Origin: Anaerolineae bacterium
GTDB lineage: Bacteria; Chloroflexota; Anaerolineae; Anaerolineales; Villigracilaceae
Assembly (NCBI GenBank): GCA_041488995.1
Contig: JBGPQJ010000001.1
Coordinates: forward strand, 1 to 60,981
Reading direction: 5' to 3'
Length of the DNA: 60,981 nt
The notes under the pieces are model-generated. The model did no database searches. It was not told the DNA's origin and saw only the letters and a program-made list of their open reading frames with translations. The position numbers and the translations under genes are program-made. Positions 1-9,598 of this stretch are shown here, in pieces (position 1 is the stretch's first letter; every line of letters starts with the position of its first letter).

Positions 1-1
1 G

Positions 2-526
2 CCTTATGGTGGATCGAGCCCCACGGGTGCGCTGGGTTATGCGTTCGCGATGGAGGAATTTATCCTTCAAGGTTTCCATGCGGACTGGATTGTATTTGCA
101 TCCTCGTCGGGTGGGACTCAGGCTGGAATGGTATTAGGAGCGAGGCTGTTTGGATATAGGGGTAATTTATTGGGGATCAGCATTGACGAGCCGCAGTCTG
201 CTTTGCAAGCCCATTGCGCAAAACTGGCTTCGGATACTTCTGAAAAGCTTGGGGCACGGATTGATTTCACTCCGGAAGAAGTATGTGTCAATGCCGATTA
301 TTGTGCGGCAGGTTATGGGATATTAACAGATACGGAGCGGGAAGCTGTCCGTTTATTTGCGAAAACGGAAGGATTGCTGCTTGATCCCGTGTATACGGGT
401 CGTGCTGCAGGTGGTATGATTGATTTGATCCGCAAGGGTTATTTCAAAAAAGATGACACGGTGTTGTTCTGGCATACCGGTGGTACGACAGCGCTTTTCG
501 CCGATATTTACCAAAATAAAATCTAA
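2..526 (+). CDS. PLP-dependent D-cysteine desulfhydrase / ACC deaminase family protein, C-terminal fragment (5' end outside window)
   Basis: The frame stays open from position 2 (PYGGSSPTGALGYAFA...). Family-typical C-terminal motifs are present: SSGGTQAGM, LLLDPVYTGRAAGGMIDLIRKG, FWHTGG. Confidence 0.8.
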   Translation, partial: PYGGSSPTGALGYAFAMEEFILQGFHADWIVFASSSGGTQAGMVLGARLFGYRGNLLGISIDEPQSALQAHCAKLASDTSEKLGARIDFTPEEVCVNADYCAAGYGILTDTEREAVRLFAKTEGLLLDPVYTGRAAGGMIDLIRKGYFKKDDTVLFWHTGGTTALFADIYQNKI

Positions 527-540
527 CAGGAGGACATCGC

Positions 541-1068
541 ATGCAGGACAACTCACTTGTCGCAGTCATTTTGATTTGTGCCGGGAGCTGTCTGGCGCTC
601 TTATTCGTGGCGGGTGGCGGATTCATGATTTTCCAGAGCCGTCGCAGCCAGAAGAAAGCGGATGCCAGCCAGGTTTGGCCAAGTACCCGTGGTACCATAG
701 TAGAAACGAAGGCAGTCAGGGATTACCATAGCAGCCTTGATGATGATTCAGATGTGAATACATATTCTCCGCGGTTGAAATATACATACCGCGTGGGGGA
801 CATGGAATATTCTTCCGATAAAATTGCTTTCGGGTATAGCAAGAATTTCAAGTCCGAGTTGGCTGCGCTGTCATCCATTCAAAAATATCCACAGGGCGGA
901 CAGGTGACTGTCTATTACAATCCGGAGAATCCCAACGAAGCCGTATTGGAAAGGAAATCCAGTTTGTTAGGGTGGGGGATGGTGGGAGGGGTTCTCTTGA
1001 TGGTCCTGGGATTATGCTCGGCATGCCCGATGATCATAGTCGGGGTGATTTTTGCGACGGGCAAATAG
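541..1068 (+). CDS. DUF3592-like membrane protein
   Basis: ATG is preceded by AGGAGGA. It has an N-terminal TM helix, a central beta-rich segment (WPSTRGTIVETKAV...YSPRLKYTYRVGDMEYSS...VYYNPENPNEAVLE) typical of DUF3592, and a C-terminal TM helix. Confidence 0.65.
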   Translation: MQDNSLVAVILICAGSCLALLFVAGGGFMIFQSRRSQKKADASQVWPSTRGTIVETKAVRDYHSSLDDDSDVNTYSPRLKYTYRVGDMEYSSDKIAFGYSKNFKSELAALSSIQKYPQGGQVTVYYNPENPNEAVLERKSSLLGWGMVGGVLLMVLGLCSACPMIIVGVIFATGK

Positions 1069-1106
1069 CAAGGTCTGGTGAATAACTGACCAGGATACCC
1101 GCGCCG

Positions 1107-1370
1107 TTAGAAATGCGTGGGTATCTTTTGTTTTCTCAATATCTTAATAAGCGTGAAGAGCGCGATGACTATCCATGCGATATTAACCCCGACAGAGGGA
1201 TACGCTCCAAAGAAGCAAGAGTTGACGATCAGCAGCAACGCACCGATGATGTTAAGAGTCTGGTAAGAGACTGAATCTCCTTCACACCGTCTGGTGGAAA
1301 CAAGCGCGTAAGCCAGTAGAAGCATGGCAACACCAGTCCAACCGAGGATATTTATAAGAAGTACTGTCAT
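1107..1370 (-). CDS. small integral membrane protein (about 3 TM helices), function unknown
   Basis: 87-aa ORF that is hydrophobic throughout (LLINILGWTGVAMLLLAYALVS...). I recognise no catalytic motifs. Confidence 0.5.
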   Translation of the reverse strand: MTVLLINILGWTGVAMLLLAYALVSTRRCEGDSVSYQTLNIIGALLLIVNSCFFGAYPSVGVNIAWIVIALFTLIKILRKQKIPTHF

Positions 1371-1470
1371 GGAGTTAAGTTTCCTTTAAAAAGAAATTGC
1401 ATTTCTTGTATTCATAAACCATTGATGCGTTTAAGGAAAACTATGCATCAATAATTTTTTCGTCCGTAAT

Positions 1471-3564
1471 TCATGACCGCATTTTGATTCTGACATCCAC
1501 CGCGACTGCCCCCTTATCCAGAACTCTCAGAGGGTTGATCTCACATTCGGTGATTTGTGGATGATTGAACGCCAACCAGGATAAATTAACCAGCGCATCC
1601 ACAACGGCTGCCCGGTCAACAGGAAGCAGGTTGCGGTAGCCGGATAGTTTTCGTCCTGCCCACGTTCGCTGAAGAAGTTTTTCCGCTTCGTGTGGAGCGA
1701 GAGGTGCAAGCGCAAAGGCGATATCCTTCAGTCCTTCCACGTCGATTCCTCCCGAACCGAACATGATCAACGCACCGAACTGCGGATCTCGAACTACGCC
1801 AAAAATGACCTCCTGACCCGGAGGAATCTGTCGCTGAAGGGTGATACCCTTGATACGCGCGGTAGGTTGCTTCTCCCGGGCGCGTTCGAGCAGAACCCCG
1901 TAAGCCTCGTTCACTTCCAGAGGCGAGTCCAGTTCAAGCAGGACGCCGCCGACATCCGATTTGTGCAGAATATCCGGGCTGGCGATTTTAGCGACCAGCG
2001 GGAAGCCAAGCTCGCGTGAGATTTGTTCCGCTTCTTTTTGCGATCCAGCCAGTCGAACGGGAACGGTCTGGATGCCAATGGCCTCCATGAGACGGTATCC
2101 AAGATCAGGGTCGTATGCATCGCGCCGAATCAGCGACAGGATTTCTGAAATCGCCTGGTCGTTGAATTCCGGTGGGGACGGGACGCTGATCTCGATCTCT
2201 TTGAGAAAATCCGCCCTGTCTGCCAGCCGGGCAAGGGCTGAAGCGGCACGTTCCGGAAATGGGTAGGTCGGGATGTTGTGGCGGTTGAATTGCTGGAAGG
2301 TGTTGTGGATCAATTTCGAACCCATCAGGATGGGGATGACTGGCTTCGATGTTTTTTTAATGAGAGGGATAAGTGCTTTTGCGATGTGATGTGTCGGGTA
2401 AACAGGAGAGGGGGGAATGATAACGAAAATCGCGTGGACCTGGGCCTCGTCAATCAGGAGGCTCAGGCAGGCGGCGTAGTCAGCGGGGGAGGCAGAAGCG
2501 AGCATGTCCACCGGGTTTTGGGCGCTGGCAGCGGAGGGCAAGCGATCCTGCAGGGCAGTGATGGTATCCGTGCTAAGAGAAGCAAGCATCAACCGATGGT
2601 CCGTGAGAGCGTCTGCCGCAATTACCCCTGGGCCGCCGGCGTTCGTCAGGATGGCGACACTGCGCCCAGCTGGAAGTGGGAAGCAGGCCAGTGCGCGCGC
2701 CCAATCAAAGAGTTCTTCGCACGTTGACGCACGCTGGATGCCGGCTTTTTCGAAGGAGGCGTTGACGGCGGCCTCCGTCCCCGCCAGCGCACCGGTATGC
2801 GATGCGGCTGCTTTCTGTCCACTGGCGGTACGCCCGACTTTGAGGGCGACGATCGGCATTTCAGGGGTGATGCGTCGTGCGGCTTCAAAAAAACGGATGC
2901 CATCCGGAATGGTCTCCAGGTATAAGGCGATGGACCGGGTGTGAGGGTCGTCCGCGATTGCTGGAAGAAGGTCGGTCTCGGTTAAATCCGCCTGGTTGCC
3001 CAGCGAGACCAGCCGTGAGAATCCAAATCCTTGCCGGCGGGACCAATCGATGACTGCGGCACAGAAGGCACCCGAATGGGATAGGAAAGCAATATTCCCC
3101 GATTGCGGCGGGGGCGGTGGAAGAAATGTAGTATCCAGTGGCAGGTGCGTGTCGAGCAAGCCAATGCAGTTGGGTCCGATCAACCGGATGCCATTTTGCC
3201 TGCAAATCAACAGGACTTCTTCTTCCAGGGCAGCGCCTTCTTCTCCTGTTTCTCGAAACCCACCGGATGTTAGAATGGCGGTGCGGATTCCACGCGCGCC
3301 GATATCTTTCAATGCCTGAGGAGCAGCCGGTGCGGGCACAATCACTACGGCCAGGTCTACCGGGTCGGGGACATCCAGAACAGAGTGATGTAAGGTGCGG
3401 TCAAACAGCCTTCCCCCTTTGGGGTTGACGAAATGTACTGCACCCGGGTATCCGCCCTGGACCAGGTTGCGCGCGACAGCATACCCGAGCTTTCCCGGGT
3501 CACTTGAGGCGCCGAGGATGACGATGCCCTTTGGGTTGAACAATGCTTCCAAAGAATTGCCCAT
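1471..3564 (-). CDS. ADP-forming acetyl-CoA synthetase / acetate--CoA ligase family protein (fused CoA-binding, succinyl-CoA-synthetase-like and ATP-grasp domains)
   Basis: 697 aa. N-terminal CoA-binding signature (IVILGASSDPGKLGY...NPKGG). Ligase-CoA domain (GPNCIGL, SHSGA, HTGALAG). C-terminal ATP-grasp (GFPLVAKIASPDILHKSDVGGV). Confidence 0.85.
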   Translation of the reverse strand: MGNSLEALFNPKGIVILGASSDPGKLGYAVARNLVQGGYPGAVHFVNPKGGRLFDRTLHHSVLDVPDPVDLAVVIVPAPAAPQALKDIGARGIRTAILTSGGFRETGEEGAALEEEVLLICRQNGIRLIGPNCIGLLDTHLPLDTTFLPPPPPQSGNIAFLSHSGAFCAAVIDWSRRQGFGFSRLVSLGNQADLTETDLLPAIADDPHTRSIALYLETIPDGIRFFEAARRITPEMPIVALKVGRTASGQKAAASHTGALAGTEAAVNASFEKAGIQRASTCEELFDWARALACFPLPAGRSVAILTNAGGPGVIAADALTDHRLMLASLSTDTITALQDRLPSAASAQNPVDMLASASPADYAACLSLLIDEAQVHAIFVIIPPSPVYPTHHIAKALIPLIKKTSKPVIPILMGSKLIHNTFQQFNRHNIPTYPFPERAASALARLADRADFLKEIEISVPSPPEFNDQAISEILSLIRRDAYDPDLGYRLMEAIGIQTVPVRLAGSQKEAEQISRELGFPLVAKIASPDILHKSDVGGVLLELDSPLEVNEAYGVLLERAREKQPTARIKGITLQRQIPPGQEVIFGVVRDPQFGALIMFGSGGIDVEGLKDIAFALAPLAPHEAEKLLQRTWAGRKLSGYRNLLPVDRAAVVDALVNLSWLAFNHPQITECEINPLRVLDKGAVAVDVRIKMRS

Positions 3565-3645
3565 TTAAAAACTTCCAATGTTATTCGGGATTAATGTTCT
3601 TGGGAAGGAAAAAACACAGACCGCTAAGAAAGCGGTCTTGTTATT

Positions 3646-4158
3646 TCACCATCTGTCCCAATGGACAACTTCATCGAATCCCCGGCGCCCGCCTTTTTTG
3701 GGTGCAGCGCTCAGTTGTTTTGCGTCCAGCGGGTATCCGAATGATAATACAATACGTAGATGCCATCCGGCAGGAAAACCCAGAATTATCCGGGCTTTTT
3801 CCGGATCATAAATGGATGCCGGACACGAACCCACGCCCAATTCCCAGGCCGCCAGCTGCATAAAGGCTGCCGCCTGACCGGCGTCAAACATCGTCTGGAA
3901 CTTCTCGGCAGGGTTGGGGGTCAGGATCGCCACTCCCAGGGCAGCACCCGCCAGATGCTTCGCCCACGTCCCACATTCTGCTAGCGATTTCAGGATAGAC
4001 TTGTCACGAATCGCCACGAAATGCCATGGCTGGGTGTTCTTCGATGACTGCGATCGCCTGCCTGCGTTGAGGATCGCGCGAACGATCTGATCCGGGAGTG
4101 ATTTATCTTGAAACTCTCGAATTGCGCGCTTGGTACGAATGGCTTCAGAAACGTTCAT
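3646..4158 (-). CDS. nitroreductase family protein
   Basis: 170 aa. RRSQSSKNTQPWHFVAI and the AIREF N-terminus are typical of FMN nitroreductases. Confidence 0.85.
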   Translation of the reverse strand: MNVSEAIRTKRAIREFQDKSLPDQIVRAILNAGRRSQSSKNTQPWHFVAIRDKSILKSLAECGTWAKHLAGAALGVAILTPNPAEKFQTMFDAGQAAAFMQLAAWELGVGSCPASIYDPEKARIILGFPAGWHLRIVLSFGYPLDAKQLSAAPKKGGRRGFDEVVHWDRW

Positions 4159-4233
4159 TATCGCCTCGCCTCTTGAAAAGCCCCAAATGGATATGTCGAT
4201 TCTACTTCAATATCTGCGAGTATAATTCATTGT

Positions 4234-4686
4234 ATGGATGACAAACAATCTTTTCGCCCTTATCTAATCCCTGCCATTGTGATGGCTTCCATTGGCTGGC
4301 TTGGACTCATTATCCTTTTCAATGTCACTCTTCCGACCCTCTGGCCACGCTGGTTGTTATTTACTTTGCTGATCCTTGCGCTCACCGGGGCCACGCTGCC
4401 CGTAACATGGTTCTTCAATCTGCGTTTTCCGTCCAACCCACCCGCTGAGCCGTATGTCATTGTGCGACAAGCCATCTGGGTTGGCGTATACGGGTCCACG
4501 CTGGTCTGGCTGGAAATGGGTCGCATTCTGACCTTTGGGATGGGGCTGGCGATAGGCGGGGGTGTGATTGTGATCGAATACCTGATCCGCGTTCGTGAAT
4601 GGTCGCAGAAGCCGAGCTTTAAGTCCACCGATAAACCGGAGGAACCACCCGCCTCCCCAACTGGAAAAGAAAACTTCGTGGGTTAA
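4234..4686 (+). CDS. hypothetical membrane protein (4 predicted TM helices, Pro/Glu-rich tail)
   Basis: 150-aa ORF with clear hydrophobic helices. No recognisable family motif. Confidence 0.5.
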   Translation: MDDKQSFRPYLIPAIVMASIGWLGLIILFNVTLPTLWPRWLLFTLLILALTGATLPVTWFFNLRFPSNPPAEPYVIVRQAIWVGVYGSTLVWLEMGRILTFGMGLAIGGGVIVIEYLIRVREWSQKPSFKSTDKPEEPPASPTGKENFVG

Positions 4687-4727
4687 CTTCCACCCTTCCG
4701 GGTGCCGAGAAGACATATTCAACCCGC

Positions 4728-6089
4728 ATGAGCCTTCGTAATTTACCGTCTGTCGAACAGTTGTTGAAAACATCCGCCGCCGAAAAATGGGTGGCGGATT
4801 ATGGTCGTCCGCTGACTTTATCCGCCATTCGATCGGTCCTGGACGAAATCCGTGTTCAGTTCAATTCGGGAAAAATGACCGATGTCCCCCGAAAAGAAGG
4901 GATCCTGTCCCGAGTCGACTCCCAGTTACTGGCATGGACGTGTCCCACACTGCTGCCTGTCATCAACGCAACAGGGGTGATCCTGCATACGAATTTGGGG
5001 CGAGCCCCCCTCGCCGGTTCTGCAATTGCCGCAGTTGAGGCGGCTTCAGCGGGCTATTCCAACCTTGAGTTTGACCTCCCAACAGGCAAACGCGGCTCAC
5101 GTCTGGTCCATGCAGAAACGATTTTGCAGTTGCTGACCGGCGCGGAAGCAGCTTTGGTGGTCAACAACAATGCTGCCGCAGTCCTGCTTGTCCTTTCAGT
5201 GCTGGCGAAAGGCAAACGGGTCGTCATCCCGCGCTCGCAGCTGGTTGAAATCGGCGGCGGCTTCCGCGTGCCGGATGTGATGAAGCAATCCGGGGCGAAA
5301 CTGGTGGAGATCGGCACCACCAATAAGTTGCGCCTGTCTGACTTCGAGGAAGCGCTCGCCGAACCGGCGGGTCTGGTCATGAGGGCTCACCGATCGAATT
5401 TCAAGATGATCGGTTTTACCGAAGAGCCTCCCCTGAACAAGATTATTGATCTTGCGCATCAACACCAGACGCCGTTCGTGGATGATCTGGGTTCTGGCGC
5501 ATTGATTGATACGGCAAAATATGGAATGGAACACGAGCCGATGGTTCAAGAATCCATTTCAGCGGGTGCGGATGTGGTATGTTTCTCCGGTGACAAATTG
5601 CTCGGAGGTCCACAGGCGGGAATCATCATTGGCAAAGCAGACTTGATCGCCAGGATCAAGAAACATCCCCTCGCGCGAGCCCTCCGCGCAGACAAGCTGT
5701 GTTTGGCTGCGTTGACAGCCACACTTCTGCTCTATCTTAAGAATGACGCGGAGAGTGAGATCCCAGTCTGGCGCATGATCGCCAGACCCCTCAAGGATGT
5801 CAAGGCAAGCGCGGAGTCCTGGCGACGGGAACTAGGAACAGGTCAAGTGATCCGGTCTGAATCTACAGTCGGCGGAGGATCGCTGCCCGGGGAGTCAATC
5901 CCCACTTATGTGCTGGCGTTTACTGTCAAATCGCCGGACCGCTTTTCAGCCCGGTTGAGGATCCAATCACCCCCGGTGATCGCCCGCACAGAAAATGACA
6001 TGGTTCTGCTTGATCCAAGGACGGTGTTGATCGACCAGGAGAATGAGCTTCTTTCTATTTTAAAAACTTTGCTCTCGGAGACGAAATGA
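4728..6089 (+). CDS. selA: L-seryl-tRNA(Sec) selenium transferase
   Basis: 453 aa. N-terminal LRNLPSVEQLL SelA signature, NATGVILHTNLGRAPL, and a PLP-lysine context FSGDKLLGGPQAG. Confidence 0.9.
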   Translation: MSLRNLPSVEQLLKTSAAEKWVADYGRPLTLSAIRSVLDEIRVQFNSGKMTDVPRKEGILSRVDSQLLAWTCPTLLPVINATGVILHTNLGRAPLAGSAIAAVEAASAGYSNLEFDLPTGKRGSRLVHAETILQLLTGAEAALVVNNNAAAVLLVLSVLAKGKRVVIPRSQLVEIGGGFRVPDVMKQSGAKLVEIGTTNKLRLSDFEEALAEPAGLVMRAHRSNFKMIGFTEEPPLNKIIDLAHQHQTPFVDDLGSGALIDTAKYGMEHEPMVQESISAGADVVCFSGDKLLGGPQAGIIIGKADLIARIKKHPLARALRADKLCLAALTATLLLYLKNDAESEIPVWRMIARPLKDVKASAESWRRELGTGQVIRSESTVGGGSLPGESIPTYVLAFTVKSPDRFSARLRIQSPPVIARTENDMVLLDPRTVLIDQENELLSILKTLLSETK

Positions 6090-7339
6090 AATCAGACCTT
6101 GATGCGCTTATGCATAACAAAAATCTTGACGCGGTTATCATTGTTGGTCATGCTGAGCACAACCCGCCTATGTATTACCTGACCGGGGGCGGACACGTCA
6201 GCCATGCCACGCTGATCAAGAAGCGGGGGGAGCCGGCGGTGCTGTTCTGTAACGACATGGAGCGCGAAGAAGCTGATAAATCAGGTTTGAAAATTGTCCC
6301 GTACAGTACTTACCCGTATAAGGAATTGCTCGATAAGGCGAATAGCGATGTGGCGCTCGCGGGGGCACTGCGCTACCAGCGCATGTTCGTCGATTGTGGC
6401 TTTACCGCCGGCCGGGTGGGCATTTACGGCACCTATGATGTTTCAACTGTTATTGCCACCCTCGATCATTTGCGCCTCCTGATGCCGGAACTTGTCGTTG
6501 TCGGTGAGACCCGGGAAGACTCACTTTTTATGTACGCGATGGAAACCAAGGACGAATCTGAAGTCAACCGGATCCGCCAGGTGGGCAAAGCCACCACCGA
6601 AGTAGTGGCAATGACTGCGCAGTACCTTACCAATCGAGACGTTCGCACGGATGAAGTCCTGCTGAAGGATGACGGTTCACCTCTTACCATTGGGGACATT
6701 AAAAGCAGGATCAATTTGTGGCTTGCTGAACGCGGCGTTGAGCCTGCTGAAGGGTTTATCTTTGCCATTGGACGGGATGCCGGCGTGCCGCATTCCACCG
6801 GCAACCCGGCAGATTTGATGCGTCTTGGGCAGACCATCGTCTTTGATATTTACCCGGCCGAGCAAGGGGGTGGGTACTTCTATGATTTCACCCGCACATG
6901 GTCGCTGGGTTACGCAACGCCGGAAATGGAAAAATTGTACAGCGAAGTCAAGTCCGTTTACCAGAAAGTTGTCGGTAATCTCGATCTAAACGCATCTTTT
7001 AAAAACTATCAACGCCTTGTTTGTGAAGAATACGAAAAGAATGGGCACAAGACTCCACTCAAGGATCCTGAAACAACTGAGGGTTACGTCCACTCCCTCG
7101 GTCATGGAGTCGGATTGAATATCCATGAAAGACCCTGGTCAGGTTTGACTTCCGGGGATGACAACCTGCTCAAACCCGGCGTGGTCATCACCATTGAGCC
7201 AGGTTTATATTATCCTGAAAAGGGCATGGGTTTCCGCATCGAAGATACCTACTGGGTGCGCCCCGACGGTAAGATCGAACTGCTGGTAGAATACCCTTAT
7301 GATTTTGTGTTACCGATGAAGAAGTGGAAGAAGAATTGA
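6086..7339 (+). CDS. M24 family metallopeptidase (Xaa-Pro aminopeptidase/dipeptidase-like)
   Basis: Overlaps the selA stop by 4 nt (ATGA). Pita-bread metal ligand motifs are present: FDIY...YFYDFTRTW, HSLGHGVGLNIHE, ITIEPGLY, FRIEDT. Confidence 0.85.
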   Translation: MKSDLDALMHNKNLDAVIIVGHAEHNPPMYYLTGGGHVSHATLIKKRGEPAVLFCNDMEREEADKSGLKIVPYSTYPYKELLDKANSDVALAGALRYQRMFVDCGFTAGRVGIYGTYDVSTVIATLDHLRLLMPELVVVGETREDSLFMYAMETKDESEVNRIRQVGKATTEVVAMTAQYLTNRDVRTDEVLLKDDGSPLTIGDIKSRINLWLAERGVEPAEGFIFAIGRDAGVPHSTGNPADLMRLGQTIVFDIYPAEQGGGYFYDFTRTWSLGYATPEMEKLYSEVKSVYQKVVGNLDLNASFKNYQRLVCEEYEKNGHKTPLKDPETTEGYVHSLGHGVGLNIHERPWSGLTSGDDNLLKPGVVITIEPGLYYPEKGMGFRIEDTYWVRPDGKIELLVEYPYDFVLPMKKWKKN

Positions 7340-7343
7340 CCAA

Positions 7344-8375
7344 GTGATAACCGACCTGCCTCCCGCCCGCATCCTCGCCATTGAGACCTCCTGCGACGAG
7401 ACCGCTTCTGCCGTCATCGAGAACGGACGCGCATTGCTGGCTTCAGTCGTCGCATCCCAGATGGATATCCACGCCCGGTATGGTGGTGTCTTCCCGGAGG
7501 TCGCTTCGCGCCAGCATGTATTGAGCATCATCCCCGTTGTAGAACAGACCCTCGTTCAGGCTCACCTTGCCCTGACGGATGTGGACGCTATTGCTGTCAC
7601 CCAGGGACCGGGCCTGGCGGGATCGCTGGTCGTCGGACTGAATATGGCAAAGGGGCTGGCGCTTGGTGCGGGTCTTCCGCTGGTGGGGGTCAACCACCTT
7701 GAAGGACATATTTATTCAGCCTGGGTGCATGATTCCGGCGAGGAACCTCCCTCAGCGCCGCAGTTCCCCTTGTTGGCGCTGCTGGTTTCGGGCGGCCATA
7801 CCGAGCTTAACTTCATGGAGGATCACCTGAGCTACAAGCGTCTCGGTGCGACACTCGATGACGCTGCCGGGGAAGCTTTTGACAAGGTCGCCAGGTTGCT
7901 CGGGTTGCCTTATCCTGGCGGACCCTCCATCCAAAACGCTGCCGAAGAAGGCAACCCGAAAGCATTTACCTTTCCACGTGCCAGGACAGACAGCGCCTGG
8001 GATTTCTCCTTCAGCGGTATCAAGACTTCAGTCATGCGGGAAGTGCGACGGATTGAAGAGAAAGGTATTCCCCTACCCGTGTCTGATCTGGCAGCCTCGT
8101 TTCAAGTAGCGGTGGTCGATGTCTTGTTTACCAAGACCCTTCAAGCGGCACGCGAATTCAAAGCAAGGGAAATACTGGTTGCCGGGGGAGTGTCTGCCAA
8201 TAAAGCGTTGCGCACTGCCTTCCTTGCGCAGGATGAATTCAAGGTTCATATCCCGAAGCTGGCCCTGTGCACCGATAATGCTGCCATGATTGCAGCCGCA
8301 GGATATTTCCGCTATGCCCTCGGGCACCGCGCTGCCTTGGACATTGATGCGCTCCCGACCTGGCCTCTTTCCTGA
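7344..8375 (+). CDS. tsaD: tRNA N6-adenosine threonylcarbamoyltransferase
   Basis: GTG start. ILAIETSCDETA, HARYGGVFPEVASRQH, GVNHLEGH and LLVSGGHT are hallmark Kae1/TsaD motifs. Confidence 0.92.
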   Translation: MITDLPPARILAIETSCDETASAVIENGRALLASVVASQMDIHARYGGVFPEVASRQHVLSIIPVVEQTLVQAHLALTDVDAIAVTQGPGLAGSLVVGLNMAKGLALGAGLPLVGVNHLEGHIYSAWVHDSGEEPPSAPQFPLLALLVSGGHTELNFMEDHLSYKRLGATLDDAAGEAFDKVARLLGLPYPGGPSIQNAAEEGNPKAFTFPRARTDSAWDFSFSGIKTSVMREVRRIEEKGIPLPVSDLAASFQVAVVDVLFTKTLQAAREFKAREILVAGGVSANKALRTAFLAQDEFKVHIPKLALCTDNAAMIAAAGYFRYALGHRAALDIDALPTWPLS

Positions 8376-8377
8376 AA

Positions 8378-9475
8378 ATGATCAAAGCTGAAATTCTTGT
8401 CCCTCTGCTCAATGCCAATGAGCCGGAAGCGCGCCTGGTGGGTATCCATGTCAAGGATGGGCAGCCTGTCGACAAAGGTGCGCTGTTGTTTACCCTCGAA
8501 ACGACCAAGGCGGCCGCCGATGTGGATTCCACCGAAAACGGTTATGTGCGGTTGATGGCTCGCGAAGGCGACATTCTATCAGTAGGGGACAGGCTTGCTC
8601 TCATCACCGAATCATTGGACGAGTCTCTCGAATCAAGCACGGTGAAACCTGGTCCAACTCCAAAGTTCGAATCGCAAATTTCAGCGTTTCGCATTACGAA
8701 ACCTGCGAGAGCGCTTGCCGAGCAAATGGGATTGGATCTCTCTCTATTGCCATTGGACCAGCTGGTCACTGTAGCAGTTGTCCGCCAGATCGCAAACTCA
8801 TCCACCGCGTTGATCATCCCCGACGTTCACTATAAAAGCGATCATATCCTTATTTATGGAGCTGGCGGTCATGCCAAAGCCGTGATGGAAATGGTGCAGG
8901 CCATCGGGACTTTCCAGATCGCGGGTATCCTCGATGACAAGGTTCCAGCGGGAACCCGCGTATTGGACATTCCAGTGCTGGGTCCGCGCGAGATTATCCC
9001 TCAATTGGTTGAACGGGGTCTCCATCAGGCGGCCAACGGGGTCGGCGGAATAATCGACATCAATATTCGCGTTAAACTATTCGAACTGTTGGAAAACCTG
9101 GGGTTGGTATTGCCCAGGTTGATCCATCCCCGGGCTGCGGTCGAGCCGAGTGCGTCGGTTGGAGATGGCGTGCAGGTCTTTGCGAACGCCTATGTCGGCT
9201 CAGCAGTGGTGTTGCAGCCTAAATGCATGATCAACACCAATGCGGTCGTCTCGCACGATTGTGAGATCGGGTCTTATACGCATATCGCTCCCGGGGCTTT
9301 GCTGGCCGGGCATGTCCATGTGGGGGAGCGTTCACTGATTGGGATGGGCGTCACCACCGCGATTGGAATCAAAATCGGAAATGGCGTGCGCATAGGCAAC
9401 GGGGCAGTGATCTATGCCGATGTTCCGGATAGGTCCATTATCCCCGCCGGAAAAGTATGGGCGGGGAAGGATTAA
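8378..9475 (+). CDS. fusion protein: lipoyl/biotinyl-attachment-like domain, PSBD-like segment and NeuD/PglB/VioB-type left-handed beta-helix acyltransferase
   Basis: Residues 1-76 resemble a lipoyl domain (VKDGQPVDKGALLFTLETTKAAADV...GDILSVGDRLALI). Residues about 103-135 resemble an E3/peripheral-subunit-binding domain (ITKPARALAEQMGLDLSLL). Residues 156-365 are NeuD-like (ILIYGAGGHAKAV..., hexapeptide repeats, SHDCEIG). Confidence 0.75.
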   Translation: MIKAEILVPLLNANEPEARLVGIHVKDGQPVDKGALLFTLETTKAAADVDSTENGYVRLMAREGDILSVGDRLALITESLDESLESSTVKPGPTPKFESQISAFRITKPARALAEQMGLDLSLLPLDQLVTVAVVRQIANSSTALIIPDVHYKSDHILIYGAGGHAKAVMEMVQAIGTFQIAGILDDKVPAGTRVLDIPVLGPREIIPQLVERGLHQAANGVGGIIDINIRVKLFELLENLGLVLPRLIHPRAAVEPSASVGDGVQVFANAYVGSAVVLQPKCMINTNAVVSHDCEIGSYTHIAPGALLAGHVHVGERSLIGMGVTTAIGIKIGNGVRIGNGAVIYADVPDRSIIPAGKVWAGKD

Positions 9476-9490
9476 GAGCGCAGGAAGTCT

Positions 9491-9535
9491 GAAAAAATCA
9501 AGAGAGTGTTCTTTTTGAAGAACACTCTCTTTTTA
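9491..9535. terminator. bidirectional intrinsic terminator between convergent genes
   Basis: Perfect 13-bp stem AGAGAGTGTTCTT / AAGAACACTCTCT with a 4-nt loop. An A-run lies upstream and TTTT downstream. Confidence 0.6.
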
Positions 9536-9598
9536 TAGAATTCATATGTCGGAATCGCAGATAAGTCGTTATTGCGGAATCAGTATCAGGAACGACCC

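Noticed and set aside
1400-1470. Hairpin TTGATGC...GCATCAA followed by TTTTTT, as a terminator
   Set aside because: The T-run is on the plus strand, but both flanking genes are on the minus strand. On the minus strand the A-run precedes the stem, so it is not a convincing terminator for either gene.
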